This document shows positions 1-9,511 of a stretch of 32,000 bases of DNA, piece by piece. The position numbers were made by a program, and so were the translations under genes. How positions within the stretch are numbered: position 1 is the stretch's first letter; each line of letters opens with the position of its first letter. The stretch comes from Nitratidesulfovibrio vulgaris str. Hildenborough (GTDB lineage Bacteria; Desulfobacterota; Desulfovibrionia; Desulfovibrionales; Desulfovibrionaceae): positions 2,070,001 through 2,102,000 of the forward strand of contig NC_002937.3 of the NCBI RefSeq assembly GCF_000195755.1, given 5' to 3'. Below the pieces are notes generated by a model, which had not been told where the DNA came from, searched no databases, and was given only the letters and a program-made list of their open reading frames with translations.

Positions 1-223
1 GCGCGCGGGTGTTGCAACACGCGCTTGCGCCAGCTGGCCATCGGAAGCCACCCGCATAAAACGTCATTCCCCGTACCGCCCATGTCAGGCATCACTTACT
101 AATACCCTTCGAATCAGGTAGCGTGTAGCGCTTATCACAAGGCGTAAAGCCATACGCGTGACACGCCGTGTGCGGGGCGGCAGTGCTGTGACAGCCGGGC
201 ACGGCATTACACCGGGGGGACCT

Positions 224-1219
224 ATGAACCACGAATTCCATTATTGGATGACGGGCATCATCGCCCATGCGGCAGGCTTCGACGAAGACGAGGCGCAGAC
301 CATCGCCCACGCTTCGCAGTATGTCGACGACAACGACAAGCACCTCATGGTCGAACTTCCTGAACATGGCGGCATGTATGAAGCCTACATCAGCCAGACC
401 ATGAACATCCTCAAGCCGAAGCAGACGCTGATGCGCATCTACCCCATCTTCCATTTCATTCCCGGCGCACCCGAGGCACCATCGGCCCGACGCGGGGACG
501 GCAAGATGCACATTCTCACCACAACGCCCGACAGCGAACGCGCCAACCGCATCTTCGATGCCGCATTGTCCGACATCTCATCGCACAGGCTTCACCGCAT
601 CGCCGTGGCGACCCATGCCTACGCAGACACATGGGCACACCAGAACTTCGTCGGCTGGCATGACGCCATCAACGGCATGAGCCTGAACCCCCTGCCCAAC
701 ATCGGGCATGCCGACTACGCCCACCACCCCGACCTTGTGGCGCACCGCTGGCAAGACAGGCGTGTGCTCGACAACGCTGTCAGCAACAACGAGCGCTTCA
801 TCGCCGCGGCAGGGCACATCTATGCGAAATTCCGCAGCATTCCCGGCATGCGCCCCGCCAACAGGCCTTGGGAGGCGCTTGCCGACGACCTTCGCAAGGC
901 GATGGGTGCCGTATCAGACGACGTGACGAACAAGGGAGAGGCACGGCGCATCGCCGCCTACAGGCGACTGCTGGAAATGGACGAGTACTCGCCCACGCGC
1001 TGGTTCGATGAAGCCATCGCAACGCAGGTGAACGGGCTGGACGACATGCATACCAAGGGGCCGACCATCTTCCGCGACAGCTACACCTTCAGGGGTAACC
1101 ACTGGCAGTCGACCGACTGGGCGCACTTTCAGGACGCAGTGAAGGCACACCAGAAATACTGCATGAGCGATATGGACGCCCTGTTCAGCCAGATGGGCAT
1201 CAGGCTTGGAGACCATTAG
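224..1219 (+). CDS. conserved hypothetical protein, His-rich (family not recognised with certainty)
   Basis: Long ORF 158..1219. The ATG at 224 lies 3 nt after a GGGGGGA Shine-Dalgarno-like run (214-220). The product starts MNHEFHYWMTGIIAHAAGF and carries His-rich motifs (HAYADTWAHQNF, GHADYAHHPD). Confidence 0.6.
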   Translation: MNHEFHYWMTGIIAHAAGFDEDEAQTIAHASQYVDDNDKHLMVELPEHGGMYEAYISQTMNILKPKQTLMRIYPIFHFIPGAPEAPSARRGDGKMHILTTTPDSERANRIFDAALSDISSHRLHRIAVATHAYADTWAHQNFVGWHDAINGMSLNPLPNIGHADYAHHPDLVAHRWQDRRVLDNAVSNNERFIAAAGHIYAKFRSIPGMRPANRPWEALADDLRKAMGAVSDDVTNKGEARRIAAYRRLLEMDEYSPTRWFDEAIATQVNGLDDMHTKGPTIFRDSYTFRGNHWQSTDWAHFQDAVKAHQKYCMSDMDALFSQMGIRLGDH

Positions 1220-1421
1220 CCGAACAGCCCCGGCACGATAGAAGCATGGCAGGGAGTGCGCCTTGGTCATGTCGGGGAGTGAACAGGGGCCGGAAAGGGC
1301 AGAACGCTTCAGCCTACCAGCATCACTCTGGATGTGCTGCAAGCAAATGAGATTCAGCGTGTCGAGTGGCATGGCACGATGGCGCGTGCCACTCGCACGA
1401 CAACGGCGACCCGTGCCGGAT

Positions 1422-2066
1422 TCAGCGCGTTGTATCGCACCAGCCACGCCAGTAGGTGTGCAGGTCCCTGATGCGGCTGGCACATAGTAACGGCATGGCC
1501 TCATGCAGACGTTCCAGAGGCCAGTCCCACCACTGCATCTCCAGAAGCAATGCAATGTTCTCTTCATCGAAACGCTTACGAATGAACTTCGCCGGATTGC
1601 CGCCCACAATACTGTAGGGTTCGACATCGCGTGTGACCAGCGCACGACTGCCGATGACAGCCCCGTCCCCGATGCTGACACCGGGCATGATCATCGCCTC
1701 GGTCCCTATCCAGACATCGTTGCCGACAAGGGTATCGCCAGCGCGCACGAATCCGTCCACTGCCCCCGAAAAGGCTGCTTCGTCCTGCATGTAGAAGAAG
1801 GGAAAGGTCGCCGCCCATTCAAGCTGATGCCCCTGATTGCCAGCCATGATGAAGCTTGCACCGCTGCCGATGGAACAGAAACTTCCGATGACGAGTCTGT
1901 CCACGTCATCGCGGTCGGGGGCGAGATAGCGGGCGCAGTCGTCGAAGCCATGTCCGTGGTAGTACCCGGAATAGTAGCTGAAACGCCCGACTCTGATGTT
2001 CGGGTTGGTTACCTGCTGTGACAGCGGAATCCCCTCAAAGGGACTCCTGAATGGAGAGTCGGACAC
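1422..2066 (-). CDS. catB: type B chloramphenicol O-acetyltransferase (CatB / xenobiotic hexapeptide acyltransferase family)
   Basis: ORF 1422..2165 trimmed to the GTG at 2066, which is preceded by GGGAGGA (plus-strand tcctccc 2071-2077); 214 aa. It is colinear by eye with CatB proteins: [71 protein letters not shown], then ...[12 protein letters not shown]...[11 protein letters not shown]. Confidence 0.85.
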   Translation of the reverse strand: MSDSPFRSPFEGIPLSQQVTNPNIRVGRFSYYSGYYHGHGFDDCARYLAPDRDDVDRLVIGSFCSIGSGASFIMAGNQGHQLEWAATFPFFYMQDEAAFSGAVDGFVRAGDTLVGNDVWIGTEAMIMPGVSIGDGAVIGSRALVTRDVEPYSIVGGNPAKFIRKRFDEENIALLLEMQWWDWPLERLHEAMPLLCASRIRDLHTYWRGWCDTTR

Positions 2067-2209
2067 AGTATCCTCCCATGGGGATGGCTCAAGTCTTACG
2101 GCCCATACAGGATGCGCTGGCGCGCCGCAAGAAACGCGGGTCACACGAACGGCCTCCCCCCACACATGGCAGGCGGAGGCCGCGTCAGTACGTCAAGACA
2201 CATGCGGGG

Positions 2210-4963
2210 TTACTTCAATGCACCCCTGGCCCGAAGCTTCTTGTCCGCCTCGACAACGCCATAGGCGAGGACCGAGACACCAAGGATACGCAACCATGCC
2301 CCCAGTCCTATGGGGGCGCTACCGAACAGCCCGTTCATGACAGGCACATAGGTGAACGCCACCTGCAAGACGATCATGCACGCCGCCCCGAGCAACGTCC
2401 ACGGGTTGCTCATGATACCAAGCTCGAAGGGAGACCGGGTGAAAGACCGGCTATTGAACAGATAGAAGGTCTGCACCAGAACGAACACGTTCACCGCAAC
2501 GGTACGTGCCGCCTCCTGCGTGTGCCCCTGCGCCAGTTCGAACTTGTAGAGTCCGAAGGCAGACACCAGAAGCAGCGAGCCCACAAGAACGATGCGCCGG
2601 AAGAGCTCACGGTCGAGAATGGGGTGCGCCGGGTCGCGCGGCTTGCGCTGCATGAGGCCCGGTTCCATGGGCTCAAAGGCCAGCATGATGCCCAGGATGC
2701 TGGCGGTTGTCATATTGATCCACAATATCTGCACGGGAAGGATGGGCAGTGCCATGCCAAGCAGCACCGCCACCAGAATGACCAGCCCTTCGCCAAGGTT
2801 GGTCGGCAACGTCCACACGATGAACTTGAGCAGGTTGTCGTACACGCCGCGCCCCTCTTCGACGGCAGCCTTGATGGTCGCGAAATTGTCGTCGGTGAGC
2901 ACCATGTCCGAAGCTTCCTTGGCGGCCTCTGTCCCTCCGTGCCCCATGGCAACGCCGATGTCCGCCTGCTTGAGTGCGGGGGCGTCGTTGACGCCGTCCC
3001 CCGTCATGGCGACGACCTCGCCCCTGCTCTGCAACGCCATGACCAGTCGCAACTTCTGTTCCGGCGCGACACGCGCGAAGATGGATGTCTCAGCGGCATG
3101 ACGCACCAGTTCATCGTCGGTCAGTCCCGCAAGTTGCGCACCCGTGAGCACCTTGCAGGCGGGGTCGCCGGGGCATCCGGCATCGCCAAGGCCGATCTGC
3201 TTGCCGATGGCGGCGGCTGTCACGGCATGGTCGCCTGTTATCATCTTGACCTTCACGCCCGCACCATGGAATGCGGCGACAGCCGCCACCGCCTCGGCCC
3301 TGGGCGGGTCGATCATGCCCTGCAACCCGACCACGACAAGTCCGGACGCGACATCATCATGTGTCAGATGCGCCACACCCACACCGTCCACGCGCTGGGC
3401 CAACGCAAGCACACGCAATCCCTGCACCGCCATGCGTTCGACCTCTTCGCGAAATGCCGCGACATCAAGCGGAACGAGCGTGCCATCGTCCAGCAGCATC
3501 CGGTCTGCGCGTGACAGGACGGCCTCGACCGAACCCTTCACGTAGACCACCGGGCCAGCCTCGCCATGATGCAGCGTCGCCATGTACTGATGCTCGGACT
3601 CGAACGGCAAGGCATCCGCGCGGGGCGCAGTCCTCAACGCGTCGGCGACATGAATGCCCGCCTTCGCAGCCACAACCAGCAATGCGGCCTCGGTGGGGTC
3701 GCCCTCGACCTTGTCGCCTTCGGGGGTTGCTTCGATGCGGGTATCATTGCAAAGCGCACCACCCAGCAACGTGGCGAACAGGGCCTTCCGGCCCGAAAGT
3801 TCAGCCATGGCAAGTCCACGATGCGCATCATCACCGGCAGGCGCATATCCCTCGCCACTGGGCATGATGTCCCCGGTGGGCCGATAGCCTGTCCCGGTTA
3901 CGGCATACCGTCTGCCCGCCGCATAGAGGGCGGTGACGGTCATCCTGTTCTCGGTGAGCGTTCCGGTCTTGTCGGAACAGATGACGGAAGCCCCGCCAAG
4001 AGTCTCAACGGCCGGAAGGTTACGGATGATGGCCCCGCGCGACGCCATGCGCGACACGCCAATGGCCAGAATGACCGTCACGGCTGCCGGAAGGCCCTCG
4101 GGGATGGCACCCACCGCAAGCGCGACCGCTGCCATGAACATCTCCGCTGCCTTCTCGCCGCGTGCCACTCCGGCGACGAAGGTCAGCACCGCAAGAGCCA
4201 TGATGGCCCACAACAACAGGTGACTGAACTTCTCGATACGGCGGGTGAGGGGTGTTGCCAGTGTGTCGGCCTCATGCACCATGGTCGAGATACGCCCGAT
4301 TTCGGTATGGTCGCCCGTGGCGACCACCACCCCCGTGGCAGTGCCGTAGGTGACCAGCGCCGAAGCGTAGGCCATGTTGGTGCGGTCTGCGAGAACGGTC
4401 TCCCGTGGCAGAGTGCCCACCGCCTTGGAGACAGGTACGGATTCTCCCGTAAGGGCCGATTCGTCGACCCGCAGGTCTTTGACAGTGACGAGACGCAAGT
4501 CAGCGGGAACTTTATCGCCGCTGCGCAACAGCACCACGTCTCCGGGCACGAGGTCCACGGCGCCGATACGCCGGACACCACCTGACCGGACGACCTCGGC
4601 CTCTGCCACCATCGAACGGGCCAGTGCCTCTAGCGCACCGGCAGCCTTGGCCTCCTGAATGTAGCCGACGATGGCGTTGACCAGCACCACACCGATGATG
4701 ACGGAAGAGTCGACGACCTCGCCCAGCACAGCCGTGATGAGCCCGGAAAGCAGCAGCACATAGATGAGCGGCTGATGGAATTGCAACAGGAACCGCTCCA
4801 GGGGCGTCTTTCCTCGACGTCCTGTGAGAGCGTTGGGGCCGAACTCTACCGCCCGCCGCTGCACCTCGAAGGTGTCCAGCCCCTTCTGCGGGTCGGTCTG
4901 CAGGGCTTCCGTAGCCTTTTCAGCACTGAGATGGTGCCAGAGCTTTCCTGTCAGAGAATCCAT
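2210..4963 (-). CDS. cation-transporting P-type ATPase (P2 type, Ca2+/Mg2+-like)
   Basis: ORF 2210..5026 trimmed to the ATG at 4963, preceded by AAGGAG (plus-strand ctcctt 4969-4974); 917 aa. It has an N-terminal cation-ATPase domain, the phosphorylation motif ICSDKTGTLTEN, the hinge motif MTGDGVNDAPALKQADIGVAMG and multiple TM segments. Confidence 0.9.
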   Translation of the reverse strand: MDSLTGKLWHHLSAEKATEALQTDPQKGLDTFEVQRRAVEFGPNALTGRRGKTPLERFLLQFHQPLIYVLLLSGLITAVLGEVVDSSVIIGVVLVNAIVGYIQEAKAAGALEALARSMVAEAEVVRSGGVRRIGAVDLVPGDVVLLRSGDKVPADLRLVTVKDLRVDESALTGESVPVSKAVGTLPRETVLADRTNMAYASALVTYGTATGVVVATGDHTEIGRISTMVHEADTLATPLTRRIEKFSHLLLWAIMALAVLTFVAGVARGEKAAEMFMAAVALAVGAIPEGLPAAVTVILAIGVSRMASRGAIIRNLPAVETLGGASVICSDKTGTLTENRMTVTALYAAGRRYAVTGTGYRPTGDIMPSGEGYAPAGDDAHRGLAMAELSGRKALFATLLGGALCNDTRIEATPEGDKVEGDPTEAALLVVAAKAGIHVADALRTAPRADALPFESEHQYMATLHHGEAGPVVYVKGSVEAVLSRADRMLLDDGTLVPLDVAAFREEVERMAVQGLRVLALAQRVDGVGVAHLTHDDVASGLVVVGLQGMIDPPRAEAVAAVAAFHGAGVKVKMITGDHAVTAAAIGKQIGLGDAGCPGDPACKVLTGAQLAGLTDDELVRHAAETSIFARVAPEQKLRLVMALQSRGEVVAMTGDGVNDAPALKQADIGVAMGHGGTEAAKEASDMVLTDDNFATIKAAVEEGRGVYDNLLKFIVWTLPTNLGEGLVILVAVLLGMALPILPVQILWINMTTASILGIMLAFEPMEPGLMQRKPRDPAHPILDRELFRRIVLVGSLLLVSAFGLYKFELAQGHTQEAARTVAVNVFVLVQTFYLFNSRSFTRSPFELGIMSNPWTLLGAACMIVLQVAFTYVPVMNGLFGSAPIGLGAWLRILGVSVLAYGVVEADKKLRARGALK

Positions 4964-6255
4964 GCTTGCTCCTTGTGGCAAATGGTCCAAGGATATTGCA
5001 ACACTCCATGCAAAAGATATCATCACCTATCATTCTGAACAGTCAACCACTAGTATACACTGAAGAAGAGAGAAGACTCAACAGTAGAGTCCACTTCGTG
5101 GCCCCGTAACGATGGCCGGACGGTCTTTTTCTTACGAGGCCAAAGGCATTGAGTTTTCCGCCACTGGAATGCCAGATCCCGCAGGTCAAGACCCCTCTCA
5201 TACGGCGCATACCCAATCCAGATTCGATAGAACTCGGCCGTGACAGCCCTTGCAGGAGAGCCTTGGCGAAGACGTGCGGAGCCCGTTGGCAAGATTCATA
5301 TCGCTTTCAGCTGCGCAATTGTGTACCAGTCTCCCACGCACGATTGCGCCGACATCATAGGTGCCACATGCAGGTTCCGCACAAGAGGAAAATGCTCGCC
5401 AGCCGTACGCCTCACACCTGTTCCTGCAATTACTGCCCTGCCGTGTGCCGTGTATAAGGCTATGCCTTTACCTAGCCTGAGGGCGCACGCTACAATGCGG
5501 GTTGAACTGGGGCTGCACTGGTTCGTCAGATGCAATTTGCCGGGTTTACAGGACCGCCGAGAATGGACTTGAGGTGTGCACATTCGTCAGGTCGAGTCTG
5601 CATGGGCCCATTCGGTCGGTTTGAGCAGGGCAAAACGGATTCCGCCCCTGTTTTTCCACAGCCATTCAACGGCAGGACGCCGGACTTGATATCATGCTCG
5701 TTGGTCAACTGGCACATGACTCTGCACTCATGCTCATCGCGCGCAAACAGGTCGGGGGCGGAACACCCGCTCTTTCCGGTCAGTTCGCGCCTCCCCTCCC
5801 TGCATGTTTTCAACGTCCTTTCCGGCGGTTTCTGGGTGGGAACAGGCACAGTGTGACAAGCCTGGGCCGAGCACACACCCCACCGTTACGACTCGAATTC
5901 GCGGATGGCCCGCATTGGGCTGAAACACAGGCATACCCCATGGTCGGGGCCATGCCTGATATGACACCTGCGACCATAACAGTGCATATAATGCCCGGTA
6001 CGCCTCATTTCATGTACACAGCCAGCCCATCCGAGGCCATGAACGCCAACGGGTACCTGTACGGAAGAATCCGCCTTACGAAAACTCACACTTCCCTTGC
6101 CGGAGAATACACCCCCCTGACAGGCGAAGACGAGGCATCTGCACTCGCGTTGTCAGGGAGGCAACCCACTCCGAGGATATGATCAGGTTGGCGGTGCACC
6201 ACGTCGCCCCAGCTCAACAGGGAAAACGCTTTGAAATGCTTTTTCAGGAGGATAC

Positions 6256-6585
6256 ATGGACATCACATGCACTCTTTCCAACAATCGAGCTCTGGTAGGA
6301 TTATCCGGACGCATGGATGCTGTAACCGCCCCTGCGTTCGAGCAACATTGTGAGTCTCTGATAACGCAGGGAACCACCGCCGTCATCGCGGATATGTCCG
6401 GCCTTGAGTACATCAGCTCTGCGGGGCTGCGCAGCATCCTGTCGTCTGCCAAGAAGCTGCGCACAGCAGGAGGCAACCTTTCGTTTTGCGGCATGACCGG
6501 AATGGTTGACGAGGTATTCCGCGTTTCCGGATTTTTCAAAATGTTCCGTGTGTTTGCCACAAAAGACGAAGCACTTGCAGAATGA
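6256..6585 (+). CDS. STAS-domain protein (anti-sigma-factor antagonist, SpoIIAA/RsbV-like)
   Basis: The ATG at 6256 follows CAGGAGGA (6244-6251); 109 aa. It has the typical STAS layout, with the candidate phospho-acceptor in DMSGLEYISSAGLRSIL. Confidence 0.85.
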   Translation: MDITCTLSNNRALVGLSGRMDAVTAPAFEQHCESLITQGTTAVIADMSGLEYISSAGLRSILSSAKKLRTAGGNLSFCGMTGMVDEVFRVSGFFKMFRVFATKDEALAE

Positions 6586-7183
6586 CACGGAACTGCGTGT
6601 CGCTTCGCTTCGACCACGGGGAACAGCCTTGCCGGAGTTCAGTTGTCTCTTCGCAAGCGAAGCGTTACACGAAGCGTCCCTGAATTGCTTCTGGGTGTAT
6701 CGAGCTGGTTTTGGAGGAGTGTGTCGCCCCAGCACAGGCAGCTAGCTATCCGGAAGGCGTGAGCGATATGGAATTGGAGTGCGGCGAAGAGGTAGAGGGG
6801 TCAGACACGCCTGCTATGCCCTCCGGCATCCAGCAGGACGTGGGTGTCCCTCTGACCTGCGGACAGGCAAACATGCCCCGGACGCCTCGCTAGGGTCACA
6901 GCCTATCGCCAGACTCGGCCATATCTCATGCGGAGACTGACGGTGCACTGCGAATACCAGCGTAATGCCGACGCCAACGAGTCAAGAGCCTACTTCAGCA
7001 AGGAGGACAAACGGTAACCACACAGCCAGCTGCATCCCTTTCCGGTCTTCGCTGTGCCCACACGCTCTCGCGCGGTATGCTCTTGCTACCAAGGCCGAAT
7101 TGACACTCAAGCCATGCGCAGCCAATCTGATAGATTTCGCAACAATGCACTCACCCTGATCATCTTAGTAACGTGGAGTATAT

Positions 7184-7513
7184 ATGTTAGAAAGCTGGAT
7201 TATTCTTTTTTTGTCCATTTTTTGCGAAGTCACCGGGACCTCGTGCTTGAAGCTGTCGGATGGATTCTCCAAAATCATTCCGACTATCTCTGTTTTTCTC
7301 TTTTATGGATTGGCCCTCTGGGGACTCTCTGTGGTGGTGAAGAAAATGGACGTAAGCATCGCCTATGCTGTGTGGTCAGGCGTAGGGACAGCAACGGTAG
7401 CCATGATCGGGATTTGTATTTTTGGAGAAAGGGCAACAGTCGTAAAGATATGCTCACTGTTACTCATCATCATAGGAGTAGTAGGTCTCAACTACACTTC
7501 TTCAGGGGAATGA
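7184..7513 (+). CDS. SMR family small multidrug resistance transporter (EmrE/Qac-like)
   Basis: 109 aa with four hydrophobic helices, the conserved membrane Glu in helix 1 (FCEVTGTSCLK) and an AYAVWSGVGT motif. GTGGAG precedes the ATG. Confidence 0.85.
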   Translation: MLESWIILFLSIFCEVTGTSCLKLSDGFSKIIPTISVFLFYGLALWGLSVVVKKMDVSIAYAVWSGVGTATVAMIGICIFGERATVVKICSLLLIIIGVVGLNYTSSGE

Positions 7514-7514
7514 C

Positions 7515-8978
7515 CTAAACGGCCCTTTCCTCCCAGCACTGATGAACATAAGCTTTCAGTTTTTTCGCAAAATCAGAGAATGTATGTATCGATTCAAATC
7601 CTGGTTCAACACCGTTCAAATATTGCAGCATCAAATTCTCGCTGCTGTTGTAACCAGATGACACTCCGGCAAAGAAGAACCCCATCGACTCAAACTCACT
7701 GCACATTTCCAAAGTCATTGCATTTGCGAGAGGAAGCCCGAGCTGGATAGATGGAATCCCTTGAACGACAGCCTTGTAGAACTCACTTTTCAGATGGGAG
7801 AACGTATCAGGGCCGTATTCCTTTACCACAATCAGCATCCAGCCTTCCTTGAACTCTACATCCGTCACGATTTGCGAACACCCACGCATTGAATCGCTTT
7901 CAGCAGTCTTTTCAGCAACGACCGGTTCAACCCCCATGTGTGCGTATATATCCAAAATCATCTCCCTGTGGCGAGGCGGAAGAAACAGGGGGGCGGATTC
8001 TCTCGCACCAAGATATCTTACAAGCCCTAGGTTGCCTATCCTATGCAATGAAGACTCTTCATTCTGCTTATGGCGGGAGGCTGTATTCAGCGCAAGATAC
8101 AGGGCGTTTTCAGAAAAACCATCAGCCAGGCATCCTTTTTGCGCGTATATATGATTGGTCACGACATAAGATTGAATTGCGTACACACCTCGTCGCTTGG
8201 CATCTTCAATCAGTATTGCAGGCAACTTCGTAGTGTCACGACTTTTGAAATTCTTATCACTTACCACATAGGTCAACTCCTCCACCCGGTCTCCAGAGAT
8301 GTCCTTCAGAAGAGCGAAGTGGGCTATCAACTCTCCGCATTCAGCCTCTGCAACGACTGAAACCATCCTCTTTTCCGCAAGCATCTCTTTAACCATATCA
8401 GGATAATATATACTCTCACCGAACAACACTGCATCATGCGACCGCAAGACAAGACGAGAAATCTTCTCTGCGTCTTCAGGCACTGCAAATCGCTTGGTAT
8501 GCTCAGTTGCAACTCGAAGTGTTCTTTTACGCTGGACCGCATCTTTAACTTTCTGTTCAGGAATGTATTTTTCAAAATACAGATCTCTCGCCCCATCTTC
8601 ACTAATAGAAACACGAAAACTATCTGACATGTTTTTCATAAGATGATAACTCAAGCCAGTCGTGTCATTGTATTGTGACACTCTTTGAAAATTATACTGC
8701 GGAAGTTTTTCAGGCTCCAAAGGCAAACATACGCTGTCAATTTTAACCCCAAGCCCTGACGTTATGTTATAGATTGTGATATCGACCTCATTCTCTGTAT
8801 CCCCAAACCCCATCTCGATCGAGTTGGTCAGGGCCTCTTCCACAACAAGGCAAAACGTCTGCACATCTTCCTGTGAAAAGCCTCTTGCCCTCGCGCATTC
8901 ACGCGCTGCGCTGCAAACGACTGATATATTCTCTACATTCTCAGGAATCTGCATCCCGAATATTTTCTTGCTCTTCAT
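7515..8978 (-). CDS. RsbW/SpoIIAB-like ATP-binding (anti-sigma kinase type) domain fused to GNAT-like acetyltransferase region
   Basis: ORF 7515..9086; I prefer the ATG at 8978 (MKSKKIFGMQIPEN), with 9086 as the alternative. The N-terminus has the HATPase N-box-like VVEEALTNSIEMGF. The middle part resembles GNAT (RFAVPEDAEKISRLV ... IEDAKRRGVYAIQSY). Its stop is 1 nt from the stop of the convergent SMR gene. Confidence 0.6.
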   Translation of the reverse strand: MKSKKIFGMQIPENVENISVVCSAARECARARGFSQEDVQTFCLVVEEALTNSIEMGFGDTENEVDITIYNITSGLGVKIDSVCLPLEPEKLPQYNFQRVSQYNDTTGLSYHLMKNMSDSFRVSISEDGARDLYFEKYIPEQKVKDAVQRKRTLRVATEHTKRFAVPEDAEKISRLVLRSHDAVLFGESIYYPDMVKEMLAEKRMVSVVAEAECGELIAHFALLKDISGDRVEELTYVVSDKNFKSRDTTKLPAILIEDAKRRGVYAIQSYVVTNHIYAQKGCLADGFSENALYLALNTASRHKQNEESSLHRIGNLGLVRYLGARESAPLFLPPRHREMILDIYAHMGVEPVVAEKTAESDSMRGCSQIVTDVEFKEGWMLIVVKEYGPDTFSHLKSEFYKAVVQGIPSIQLGLPLANAMTLEMCSEFESMGFFFAGVSSGYNSSENLMLQYLNGVEPGFESIHTFSDFAKKLKAYVHQCWEERAV

Positions 8979-9511
8979 CAACGCCACCCTACTATTCCAT
9001 AGTTGATATTCAGGCATTTCCGACTGCGAATCGGCGGTGTCGGACCGACCATGCAACACATACCATATCTCGCAAAGCGGCCCCAACCTTCATACGTAAT
9101 CACGGCTACGAGAAGAAGACACAACACCTGCGACGCTCACCACGCACATCTTTCTATATACATCATGAAACGTGCGTTCAGCTTCAGTTACCGCACAAGG
9201 CCTGCCTGTGTAAAATAGTGTTTTCCACATCAGCGACATGCTGGCTCACCGTCAGCGTTCCACATCTACTCACCGATACGTTGCTCCCTCGACGTACACT
9301 GTAGCGGGACGAAGCTGGTCATAACGTGGGCCGCCCCGGCAAGAATACACATGTCTTCTTCCTCCTTCGCCGGAGGCGGTTCCGTGGTCAGTCGCAACAA
9401 GGAGTCCAACTTCGAACACATCTGTGTCATTGCCGTTTGCTTCAACTTTCCATATGAAGCAGACAACTCGCCGCATGGACTGACATGGAAAGCGGCACCG
9501 GAGAAAATGGC

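Noticed and set aside
914-2021. ORFs 914..1681 (-) and 1503..2021 (+), plus 92..511 (-)
   Set aside because: They overlap the hypothetical gene and catB on the opposite strand, have no SD and no recognisable domains. They are GC-driven open frames.
2051-4585. Long plus-strand ORFs (2051..3514 at 487 aa, 3566..4585 at 339 aa, and several shorter ones) opposite the ATPase gene
   Set aside because: They lie antisense to a well-supported P-type ATPase in high-GC DNA. Their products are Arg/His/Pro-rich low-complexity sequences without motifs, so they are typical shadow ORFs.
5710-5726. Sigma-54-like TGGCAC...TGCA promoter element
   Set aside because: The GG to GC spacing is 11 nt rather than the required 10, and no obvious downstream gene exists.
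5694-6182. 162-aa ORF in the ATPase-STAS gap
   Set aside because: It has no recognisable domain, no ribosome-binding site and overlaps antisense ORFs. The evidence is insufficient to call a CDS.
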